A stretch of 35,914 nt of DNA from an uncultured Gammaproteobacteria bacterium (GCA_964628705.1 CAZVLW010000002.1:1-35914), one strand, 5' to 3'. Positions 26,906 to 34,344 are shown, counted from the first letter of the stretch. The notes: a model not told the origin generated them from the letters alone. Made by a program: numbers and translations.

Positions 26906-28702
26906 TTATTCACTCGGGGCAATGCTATAATACTGAAATAAAAATTTAGCCACCTTCGCAAAAGTAGGTGCCGCGGTCATAGCAGAATACTTACCTACCT
27001 TTGGTTTATCTAATCTAACTAAAATAACAAATTTAGGATCTTCAAAAGGTCCAAAACCAACAAATGAATGTATCGTCTCATGCTCACTATAGCCACCCTT
27101 AGCGGCAATCTCGGCAGTTCCTGTTTTACCGCCAACAAAATAACCATCTACTCCAGCCCCTTTGGCATGCCCATTTTTCACCACCGAAACTAAAATTGCT
27201 TTTAAGGTTTGGGCTGAACGTTGACTAATTACTTTATCTTTAGGAATATTTTTTTTTATCTCAACTTTTTCCCCATCTTTTGCTAAATAATCTACTATTT
27301 GCGGGCTAACTTTTACGCCATTATTGACAATAGTTGACATAGCTGTAGCCATTTGCAGAGGAGACACTAATATACCCTGACCATATGAAGCCGTGGCTAA
27401 ATATATGTCTCCTGCCTTATTTAAAGAGCTAATATCTCCAGCCATTTCAGTATTTAACCCAATACCAAGTTTTTTTCCAAAGCCAAATTTATATACATAA
27501 TCACGAAATCTATCAAGGCCAGTTTCTAAAACAATAAAAACAGAACCTGTATTGACTGACTTTTCTAATATTTCAGTCATCGTAATTTTGCCAAATTTTT
27601 CCTCATCAGCATTTTTTATTTTATGCTCACCGATTTCAACAAACCCTTTGTCTTCAAATACATCAGTTGGCTTAATGGCTTGGCTGTCAATACCCGCGGC
27701 CATGGTAATCATTTTAAAAATAGAACCCGGCTCATAACTAGAATTTATTAGAGAATTGGCATATAAACCAACATCCTCAACTTGACTATAATTATTTGGA
27801 TCAAAACTGGGATAATCTACCATTGCCTGAATACGGCCCGTATCTGGCTCCATAACCAAAATTGAACCTTTTTCTGCCTGATAATCTTTGACTGCTTGAG
27901 ATAAAATTTCATAAACTTTGTTTTGAACTATTTTATCCAAAGTCAAGACTATATCAAACCCATTTTGAGTTTCCTTAATTTCTTGCAAAGCATCCGCGAT
28001 AAATTTCCCTTGATTATCCTTAGCCCCAAAAATCCTACCTGCTTCACCAGCCAACTCTTTTTCCCAATAACCCTCAACACCATACTGCCCCACCCTTCTA
28101 TATTGCTGATAACCCAAAAAACCAGTAATTACTCCAGCCACCTCTCTCTCTGGGTAATGGCGCACCCATTCCGGCTCAAAATATATTCCATCTAACTCCA
28201 TTTGCTCTATATCTTGGCGCTCTTGCTTGGTTAAATAATGGGCCAATATTTCATAAGGGTCATTTTGTTTACTTAACTTTGCATAAAACAACTCCCTTTT
28301 TTGTTTACTTTTTTCGCATTTTTCTATCAACTCATCAGGGCTATCTTTATCTATAAGCTCTTGGCACTCACCATCTTTATCATAAAGATAACCCGCCAAC
28401 TGACTGGCTGCTTGGCGCGGCAGCTTAACTTGATTTGGATCAGCTACCAATAGATTTAAATTTTGGTTAATAATAAGAGGTGTCTTGTTGTTGTTTTTGC
28501 TATTATACATATACACCTCTCCCCTTTTTTGTAAAATTTTTTGTTCAATTAAATGCTGGCTTCGCGCTTTTTTTGCATAATATTCACTTTGAATAATTTG
28601 AATATAAAACAACTTAGCTATTATAACAAAAAACACAACAAAAAAAACTACATACAGTAGCTTCATTCTATCCAAGTTTAAAGCTTTTTTACCTTTAACC
28701 AT
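26906..28702 (-). CDS. ftsI: class B penicillin-binding protein (peptidoglycan D,D-transpeptidase, FtsI-type)
   Basis: N-terminal TM plus dimerisation domain. Transpeptidase motifs: SxxK (GSIFK), SxN (SVN), KTG (GGKTGTA). Its position after ftsL follows dcw cluster order. Confidence 0.9.
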   Translation of the reverse strand: MVKGKKALNLDRMKLLYVVFFVVFFVIIAKLFYIQIIQSEYYAKKARSQHLIEQKILQKRGEVYMYNSKNNNKTPLIINQNLNLLVADPNQVKLPRQAASQLAGYLYDKDGECQELIDKDSPDELIEKCEKSKQKRELFYAKLSKQNDPYEILAHYLTKQERQDIEQMELDGIYFEPEWVRHYPEREVAGVITGFLGYQQYRRVGQYGVEGYWEKELAGEAGRIFGAKDNQGKFIADALQEIKETQNGFDIVLTLDKIVQNKVYEILSQAVKDYQAEKGSILVMEPDTGRIQAMVDYPSFDPNNYSQVEDVGLYANSLINSSYEPGSIFKMITMAAGIDSQAIKPTDVFEDKGFVEIGEHKIKNADEEKFGKITMTEILEKSVNTGSVFIVLETGLDRFRDYVYKFGFGKKLGIGLNTEMAGDISSLNKAGDIYLATASYGQGILVSPLQMATAMSTIVNNGVKVSPQIVDYLAKDGEKVEIKKNIPKDKVISQRSAQTLKAILVSVVKNGHAKGAGVDGYFVGGKTGTAEIAAKGGYSEHETIHSFVGFGPFEDPKFVILVRLDKPKVGKYSAMTAAPTFAKVAKFLFQYYSIAPSE

Positions 28703-28712
28703 ATAAAGTCAA

Positions 28713-29066
28713 TTATCTTTTAGCTAAACCTGATTTGGAACCAACCAAGTAATCAACCTCCTCTACGGCCACCATGTCTTGCGCCAAAGCGGCTTGCTTA
28801 ATTCTTTCTATTTTCTGCAACTCAATCAAAGTTAATTCAAAATTTTTATTTATTTTAGTTAAATTTTCTATGCGCTCCTCTAAGTCACTCATTTTATAAC
28901 CAGCAGTAGCTTGATGATTGGCAAACATTACATAATAAGATATTGAAACAACTATTAACAATAGCAAAAATGTATTTAACCAGCTAAAACTAAAAGGTAT
29001 CTGCAATTTAAACCTTTTTTTCTTTTTGGTACAGCTCTTTGATTTTTTTATAAATTTTTTACACAT
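28713..29066 (-). CDS. ftsL: FtsL-like cell division protein (basic N-terminus, one TM, coiled coil)
   Basis: TM segment LNTFLLLLIVVSISYYVMF, followed by the heptad-like MSDLEERIENLTKINKNFELTLIELQKIERIKQ. It sits between rsmH and ftsI. Confidence 0.55.
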   Translation of the reverse strand: MCKKFIKKSKSCTKKKKRFKLQIPFSFSWLNTFLLLLIVVSISYYVMFANHQATAGYKMSDLEERIENLTKINKNFELTLIELQKIERIKQAALAQDMVAVEEVDYLVGSKSGLAKR

Positions 29067-29170
29067 AATGATATCAATTAACCATCAATAATTAACAATA
29101 AATAAAGATTAATCCTTGGCTTTCTTTCACTTATTATAAGCTCTGCTTGCCAAGACTTAGTTAATCCTCA

Positions 29171-29197
29171 CAAGGACATCTCTGCGTTAGCAGGACT
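29171..29197 (+). repeat. truncated copy of the dispersed hairpin repeat
   Basis: CAAGGACATCTCTGCGTTAGCAGGACT matches 35847-35873 (one mismatch) and the reverse complement of 31555-31581 (two mismatches). Confidence 0.8.
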
Positions 29198-29235
29198 TAC
29201 TGCTTACTCCTTACTTCTTACCACTTACTTCTTAC
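29196..29235. repeat. heptanucleotide-period tract, CTTAC x6
   Basis: CTTAC occurs at 29196, 29203, 29210, 29217, 29224 and 29231, an exact 7-nt period. On the transcribed minus strand it reads GTAAGnn x6, starting 3 nt after the rsmH stop codon. Confidence 0.9.
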
Positions 29236-29238
29236 CAC

Positions 29239-30132
29239 TCATCTCTCAACTTTCTTAATTACTCTCATCTTGGCACTCCTACTTTTAGAGTTTTGTCTTA
29301 TTTCCTGATGGCTTGGCACAATCGGCTTTTTAACTAACAACTCTGCTTTACCACTCTTTTTCAAATCCCTAAAAAAATTTTTTACCAATCTATCTTCTAA
29401 TGAATGAAAAGAAATGACTGCCACTCTGCCATGCGGCTCAAGTATATCCAATGCTTGAGGTAGTGCTCGCCCTAAATTGTCCAACTCCTGGTTAACGCTT
29501 ATTCTTAATGCCTGAAAAACTTGCGCTACCGGATTGACTTTTTTTCTTCCACCCTTTCCTCCGCGGATAGATTTTACCAATGCCGCCAACTCTTTGGTGG
29601 TTTGAATTTTTTTATTTTTTCTCCTTTCAAGTATGGCTTTCGCCAAATTAAACGCCTTTGGGTACTCACCATACTCTCTAAAAATTTTTTCTAATTCTTT
29701 TAAAGCAAAATAATTAATAATTTGGCCGGCTGTCAGCTGTTGACGGGACGGATCAAATCTCATATCCAACGGCTCATCCCTTTCAAAACTAAACCCCCTG
29801 CCTGAATCCTCTAACTCAAGCGTAGAGAAGCCCAAGTCAAATAAAATACCGTGAACTGGATAATTAAAACTGTATTCATAAATACGCGATAAATTTACAA
29901 AATTATCATTGACTAAAATTAAATTTGTCAATTCACCTGCTTTAGCTTTAAAATTCAATAATGTCTGGTTATCAGCTTCAATGCCTAAAATCCTACCTTT
30001 AGGCTGGATATGATCCAAGATTGCCAAACCGTGCCCGCCGCCTCCAAAAGTGCAATCAATAAAATTTTCATTTGGCTTGGGATCTAAATAATCAATCACT
30101 TCTTCTACAAGTACTGGTTTATGGCTCAACAT
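29239..30132 (-). CDS. rsmH: 16S rRNA (cytosine1402-N4)-methyltransferase
   Basis: HKPVLVEEV, CTFGGGGH, FDLGFS, ISFHSLEDRLVK. It ends on TGA. Confidence 0.93.
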   Translation of the reverse strand: MLSHKPVLVEEVIDYLDPKPNENFIDCTFGGGGHGLAILDHIQPKGRILGIEADNQTLLNFKAKAGELTNLILVNDNFVNLSRIYEYSFNYPVHGILFDLGFSTLELEDSGRGFSFERDEPLDMRFDPSRQQLTAGQIINYFALKELEKIFREYGEYPKAFNLAKAILERRKNKKIQTTKELAALVKSIRGGKGGRKKVNPVAQVFQALRISVNQELDNLGRALPQALDILEPHGRVAVISFHSLEDRLVKNFFRDLKKSGKAELLVKKPIVPSHQEIRQNSKSRSAKMRVIKKVER

Positions 30133-30184
30133 TTTAATTGAAATTTAATTTAACTTATCAATTAATTTACTTGATTAACTCAAA

Positions 30185-30616
30185 CTATATTCCCAATTCC
30201 AACATATCTTCAGCTGTCTTCTCCACATTTCTTTCACTTTGTTCTTTATAGCTTTGCCACTTTTTTTCATCCCAAATTTCTAATCTATTATAGACTCCGC
30301 CAACAACTACTTTTTTACCCAATCCAGCATATTCCTTTAAATAATCTGGAATTAAAATTCTACCCATTTTATCCAATTTGGCTTGCATAGCACCCATTAA
30401 CATCATTCGGGAAAAACTTCTGGCATTAGCTTGACTTAAAGGTAATTCGGCAATTTTTTTAACTAAGTTTTGCCAATCTGATTTTGTATAAACAAACAAA
30501 CAATTATCTAAACCGCGTGTAATAACTGCCCCTTGCTTAAAAGATTGCCTGAAATTAGCAGGTATAGCCAATCTATTTTTACTATCAACTGTATGTAAAT
30601 ACTCACCTAAAAACAT
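30185..30616 (-). CDS. mraZ: transcriptional regulator MraZ
   Basis: Duplicated SpoVT/AbrB-like halves with DSKNRLAIPANFR and DKMGRILIPDYL. It is the first gene of the dcw-type operon. Confidence 0.93.
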   Translation of the reverse strand: MFLGEYLHTVDSKNRLAIPANFRQSFKQGAVITRGLDNCLFVYTKSDWQNLVKKIAELPLSQANARSFSRMMLMGAMQAKLDKMGRILIPDYLKEYAGLGKKVVVGGVYNRLEIWDEKKWQSYKEQSERNVEKTAEDMLELGI

Positions 30617-30716
30617 AAATATTTTTTTTAATTTGGGCCAATATCTGCCATCAAATAATCAATCCTAAAAAAAGTACAAAAAAACTAAGGATTTCTCATC
30701 CATAGCCAATAGTTAT

Positions 30717-30740
30717 CCACTTTTTCCCACTTTTCCCCAC
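30717..30740 (-). promoter_or_regulatory. candidate MraZ operator: three GTGG(G) direct repeats at 10-bp spacing
   Basis: The minus strand reads GTGGGGaaaaGTGGGaaaaaGTGGataac, immediately downstream of the candidate -10 and about 100 nt upstream of the mraZ ATG. Confidence 0.6.
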
Positions 30741-30749
30741 CTTGCTTTA

Positions 30750-30778
30750 ATTATATACCACTCTTAGCCAAACTTCAA
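30750..30778 (-). promoter_or_regulatory. candidate sigma-70-type promoter of the mraZ operon
   Basis: Minus strand: TTGAAG (30778-30773), 17 nt spacer, TATAAT (30755-30750). Confidence 0.55.
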
Positions 30779-30874
30779 CACTTATCTATGTGGATAAAAT
30801 AATACTACAACTATAACTCAAAATACATCCCTAATCTGCTAAAATACAAGCTACCATTTATTTGATTTTTTTAT

Positions 30875-30908
30875 CAATAAAAAATACGCTGTATAAAATA
30901 CAGCGTAT
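30875..30908 (-). terminator. intrinsic terminator after ORF 30916..31392
   Basis: 10-bp perfect stem ATACGCTGTA / TACAGCGTAT (30884-30893 and 30899-30908) with a 5-nt loop. It is followed on the minus strand by TTTTTATT. Confidence 0.82.
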
Positions 30909-30915
30909 ATGAAAA

Positions 30916-31392
30916 TTAAAGGTGACTTAAAATTCGTATGTAATTCAAAGGTAAAATAAAAGACTCTATGAATTTAAATTCCTCTGTATCAAACAACTGG
31001 CAAATTGCCAATGATTTGTCAGTTTTCATTTTTGCCCCACTTATTTGTATTTTTTGAGATGGGCGATGAATCCAATCTGGAATATTATCCAGAAATAATA
31101 TGAGCATTAGTTGATTATCCAGAGTTATAAAGACTGAATAACCAATGGATCCATCTTCGCTTGAAGTATCTTGGATTTTTGTCTCCTTAATCAATCCACT
31201 CCAAGCCTCTGGGGTATTTTTACTTATAACTTGAAACATTAAATCACCCTGATCAGACAACAGAACGATCTGATCACCCTCCTTGGTGCCTGCCAAAAAA
31301 CTGGCAACCTGTTCTTTCAATCCGGAGCTTTCTTGTACTTTAAAGATACACCCCATTCCTGTAGACTTATTATCCAAGGCAATAAAAAACAT
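30916..31392 (-). CDS. hypothetical protein (158 aa), no recognised family
   Basis: ATG start preceded by a perfect Shine-Dalgarno (AAGGAGGacacagATG) and followed by a strong terminator. It appears to be a monocistronic unit. Confidence 0.7.
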   Translation of the reverse strand: MFFIALDNKSTGMGCIFKVQESSGLKEQVASFLAGTKEGDQIVLLSDQGDLMFQVISKNTPEAWSGLIKETKIQDTSSEDGSIGYSVFITLDNQLMLILFLDNIPDWIHRPSQKIQISGAKMKTDKSLAICQLFDTEEFKFIESFILPLNYIRILSHL

Positions 31393-31479
31393 CTGTGTCC
31401 TCCTTATTTTGTTTTAAATTTTTTACTTTAATTAAATTTTTTCTCCTCTTATCATCCTTACGAGTAATGAAGGGATCTA

Positions 31480-31639
31480 CAAGGACAGTTCTTTAAATTT
31501 TATATTTAAAGGACTGTTCTTGAGCAAAGCACAAAGGATTTAACATCCAAGAACAGTCCTGCTAACGCAGAACTGTCCTTGTGGAGATTGACTAATATTC
31601 TGGTTCAATTCTCCAGAATTGAACCATTAAGATAATTTA
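31480..31639 (-). repeat. dispersed hairpin repeat, longest copy (minus orientation) with nested hairpins
   Basis: CAAGGACAGTTCT (31480-92) and AGGACTGTTCTTG (31510-22), plus their complements CAAGAACAGTCCT (31548-60) and AGAACTGTCCTTG (31569-81). A 12-bp-arm palindrome TGGTTCAATTCT-cc-AGAATTGAACCA lies at 31601-31626. The reverse complement of 31530-31639 aligns with 35818-35890. Confidence 0.85.
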
Positions 31640-31730
31640 GGAGTAACGATGGGAGGAGGAATAAGGAAGGTAAGTGAAAAAAACAATCTATCTATTTCTT
31701 CCCACAAAAGATGACATGGGATAACTTAAT

Positions 31731-32126
31731 TCACTTGTTACTCACACTTATATTTGGTTCTCTGCCATATTCTGGCATAACTGGCTTGAACTTTTTATTT
31801 TTAGTTGGCACTACCTCTAATAATTGCCCTTTTAAATCAGCCCTATTAAAACTAATACCAACTACCGGAATCTGCAGACTCCAACCAAGCACATTGGCCG
31901 CGCTTAAACCAACTCTTAATCCGGTAAAACTGCCCGGCCCTTTAATCGCCACAATACCCTCTAATTGCTGTTTTTTATGGCCCACCATTTGCTCTATTGC
32001 AGGCAGTAATTTTTCAGACTGCCGATATGGCGCTTTAATTTTTTTTCTTTTTAAAAAATTGGCTTGTCTGTCAAATAAGGCCAACTCAATATAATTCGCG
32101 TCTGAAGTATTAATAAATAAATACAT
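31731..32126 (-). CDS. tsaB: short TsaB-like protein (N-terminal ASKHA half of the t6A dimerisation subunit)
   Basis: MYLFINTSDANYIELALFD..., KGPGSFTGLRVGLSAANVLGWSLQIPVVGIS. The track start at 32132 is TTG; the ATG at 32126 is preferred. At only about 131 aa it ends on TGA at 31731-31733. Confidence 0.75.
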   Translation of the reverse strand: MYLFINTSDANYIELALFDRQANFLKRKKIKAPYRQSEKLLPAIEQMVGHKKQQLEGIVAIKGPGSFTGLRVGLSAANVLGWSLQIPVVGISFNRADLKGQLLEVVPTKNKKFKPVMPEYGREPNISVSNK

Positions 32127-32128
32127 AC

Positions 32129-32695
32129 TCAATCCTTTAATATCACATTTAAAACATCTTCCACCCTTTGGTATAGCTCTTCAAAACTGCCAGAATTATC
32201 AACTTTATAATCTGCCATAGCAATACATTTACTCAAATTCTGCTTATGGGGCTCTGTATTTTGCATCTCCCGTTTTTCATCTTCTAAAAATTTATTAAAA
32301 TCTACCCCATCTTTAAGACTACCCCGGTGCTTAATCCTCTCAAATCTCAATTTGGCATCTGCGTCTATAGCTAATAAATAAAAATTTCCCTTATTTTGCA
32401 ACTCTTCAATCTCTGCTGGTGTGCGTAAACTTTCAATCACACAATCCCCGCCGTCTTGTTGTGCTTGCTTATATAGCTCCGTGGCAATATAAGCGGCTCC
32501 GAACTTAGCCCTTAAATCGTTAGCTACTTTCACCATATTATCCCGATTGACTGCCAATCCACGCTGTTTTATCTGTTGGGTAATATAGTCCGACATTGAA
32601 TAGTGCTTAAAACCTTTAGTTTTTTGCAAATATTCAACGATCGTGCCTTTGCCGGCTCCCAAAGTGCCTGTGATGCCAATAATTACCTGTTCCAT
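32129..32695 (-). CDS. P-loop nucleoside/nucleotide kinase-like protein (CoaE / NMP-kinase fold)
   Basis: Walker A GITGTLGAGKGT at the N-terminus. The size (188 aa) and LID-like segment (RFERIKHRGSLKDG) are typical of small kinases. The substrate is not assignable. Confidence 0.6.
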   Translation of the reverse strand: MEQVIIGITGTLGAGKGTIVEYLQKTKGFKHYSMSDYITQQIKQRGLAVNRDNMVKVANDLRAKFGAAYIATELYKQAQQDGGDCVIESLRTPAEIEELQNKGNFYLLAIDADAKLRFERIKHRGSLKDGVDFNKFLEDEKREMQNTEPHKQNLSKCIAMADYKVDNSGSFEELYQRVEDVLNVILKD

Positions 32696-32698
32696 AAC

Positions 32699-33235
32699 TT
32701 ATTTATGACTTTCTAATTTTACCTCACCTTCATTTTTTCTCTCTGGAATATCCTCACTAAAAAGCTTTATTATTTCTTGATTCCACTTCTTATTTTCTTT
32801 ATAAATATCCACTCTAAGCCCGGCGTCTTTGAGATAATCTACTGCTTTCTGATTGCGGTAAATTTTACCAATAACCACACGCTTCACTCCACACGCCACA
32901 ATATATTTAACACAATGAATACACGGGCTGTATTTAGTATATATAGTAGAGCCCACTGTAGAAATTCCACCTTGAACGGCCGCTTGCAGAAGGGCATTAT
33001 GCTCGCCATGAATTGTTCTGACACAATGGCCTTCTTCATACAAATGTCCCGCATCATGGCAATGCGGCAAGCCGGGTGGAGAACCGTTGTATCCGGTAGA
33101 GATAATACGCTTGTCCTTGACTAAAACCGCACCGGCATACAAACGATCACAAGTCCCCCTCTCAGCAATCAATTTAGTAATCGCCATAAAATAATCATCC
33201 CAATTTGGGCGATAATGTTTTTTTTCTTCTGGCAT
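32699..33235 (-). CDS. dCMP deaminase (ComEB/CMP-dCMP deaminase zinc-binding family)
   Basis: Zinc motifs HGEHNA and PCIHCVKYI, plus the typical N-terminal WDDYFMAITKLIAERGTC. Confidence 0.88.
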   Translation of the reverse strand: MPEEKKHYRPNWDDYFMAITKLIAERGTCDRLYAGAVLVKDKRIISTGYNGSPPGLPHCHDAGHLYEEGHCVRTIHGEHNALLQAAVQGGISTVGSTIYTKYSPCIHCVKYIVACGVKRVVIGKIYRNQKAVDYLKDAGLRVDIYKENKKWNQEIIKLFSEDIPERKNEGEVKLESHK

Positions 33236-33266
33236 AAAGAACTTAGTTTTAAATTAAACCGCCTCT

Positions 33267-33530
33267 TTAAGCTGCTTTTTTTTGCCTGCTATTCAAAACC
33301 TCCTCAAGCATAGCCAATTGATCCTGATTAAATTTTAATATTTCGCTATTGGGATCAGTTGGGTTTGCCTTTTCTAAATCTGCAACTTTTTTACTGAATT
33401 CTTCAACCAACTCAGACAACTCCTCAAATGGCATATTTTCAGCCACATTGCGGGAAATCTGTTCACTTTTAAAGAAATCTCCATATCCTTTTTGAAATGG
33501 ACCTGTTTCTGGTGATTTTTCTGGTGACAT
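33267..33530 (-). CDS. small acidic hypothetical protein (87 aa)
   Basis: ORF with ATG start that fills the gap between rplA and the deaminase gene. No recognised motif. Confidence 0.45.
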   Translation of the reverse strand: MSPEKSPETGPFQKGYGDFFKSEQISRNVAENMPFEELSELVEEFSKKVADLEKANPTDPNSEILKFNQDQLAMLEEVLNSRQKKAA

Positions 33531-33575
33531 AATATTTTTTGTTAATTTATAATTAATGTTATTATATCTTAAATT

Positions 33576-34256
33576 TCATTCTACTTCAACTTTAACCGCC
33601 GGGCCCATAGTTGAAGTTAAATGAAGTGATTTAATAAAATATCCCTTAAGACCTGCTGGCTCGGCTTGCTTAACAGCATCTAAAAACACATTAAAATTTT
33701 CTTTTATCTTTTGGCTCTCCCAACTAATTTTACCAATTATTTGATGCAAATTTCCGCTCTCATCATTTTTAAAAGCCACTTTGCCTTTTTTAATCTCCTC
33801 TACGGTTTGTTTCAATTTATCTCCGTCCACTAAAGTGCCCGCCTTGGGTGAAGGCATTAATCCGCGCGGACCTAAAACTTTTGCCGCGCCGGCTAATTTT
33901 TTCATCATCTCAGGCGTAGCAATAGCTACATCAAAATCAATTTTACCAGTTGAGACAATATTTTTTATCAACTCTTCACTACCAATCACATCTGCACCAG
34001 CTTCTTTAGCTTGTTTTTCATCAGTTGCAAAAACTGCCACTTTTTTAATTTTACCAGTACCATGGGGTAAAATCACACTACCCCGAACTGACTGTTCGCC
34101 CTTTTTTGTGTCAATCCCTAAATTCAAATGCACCTCAACTGAACCATCAAACTTAGTCTTAGCGGTTTGCTTAACTAAATCAATGGCTTCTGCTAAACTG
34201 TATTGTTTTTGCTTGTCTATTTTAAGCAATGCATTTTTATATTTTTTGGAGTGCAT
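33576..34256 (-). CDS. rplA: 50S ribosomal protein L1
   Basis: KFDGSVEVHLNLGID, VAVFA, GLMPSPKAGT. It follows rplK. Confidence 0.95.
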   Translation of the reverse strand: MHSKKYKNALLKIDKQKQYSLAEAIDLVKQTAKTKFDGSVEVHLNLGIDTKKGEQSVRGSVILPHGTGKIKKVAVFATDEKQAKEAGADVIGSEELIKNIVSTGKIDFDVAIATPEMMKKLAGAAKVLGPRGLMPSPKAGTLVDGDKLKQTVEEIKKGKVAFKNDESGNLHQIIGKISWESQKIKENFNVFLDAVKQAEPAGLKGYFIKSLHLTSTMGPAVKVEVE

Positions 34257-34344
34257 ATAATGTTAGCTTTATGTGGTGTTAGCGGATAGATGACCAATCC
34301 ATCCTCCCACAAATTTAATTATTCTCTGTATTATTTATTGTCTT

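Noticed and set aside
30713-30797. DnaA-box-like nonamers (TTATCCACT, TGTGGATAA) as a replication origin
   Set aside because: There are only two boxes. No dnaA or dnaN lies nearby and there is no adjacent AT-rich 13-mer-type unwinding array. One box overlaps the third GTGG repeat of the predicted MraZ operator, so coincidence or regulatory use is more likely.
31601-31626. GGTTCAATT resembling a tRNA T-arm (also at 35831-35839), suggesting a tRNA or tRNA-derived element
   Set aside because: No acceptor stem, D-arm or anticodon arm can be drawn around either site. At 31601 the motif is simply one arm of a 12-bp palindrome within the dispersed repeat.
33781-34260. 159-aa plus-strand ORF, and similar antisense ORFs (31711..32094, 32777..33124, 10216..10668, 34379..34591, 27923..28195, 17925..18230, 21202..21432, 629..817)
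   Set aside because: Each lies fully inside a well-supported conserved gene on the opposite strand or in another frame. All have low-complexity or odd composition and no recognisable motifs, so they are shadow ORFs.
34257-34344. L1 autoregulatory leader (23S rRNA L1-stalk mimic) in the rplK-rplA or nusG-rplK spacers
   Set aside because: I could not draw the conserved L1-binding helix and asymmetric loop from the sequence by eye. The nusG-rplK spacer is dominated by the heptad tract instead. A covariance-model scan would be needed before calling it.
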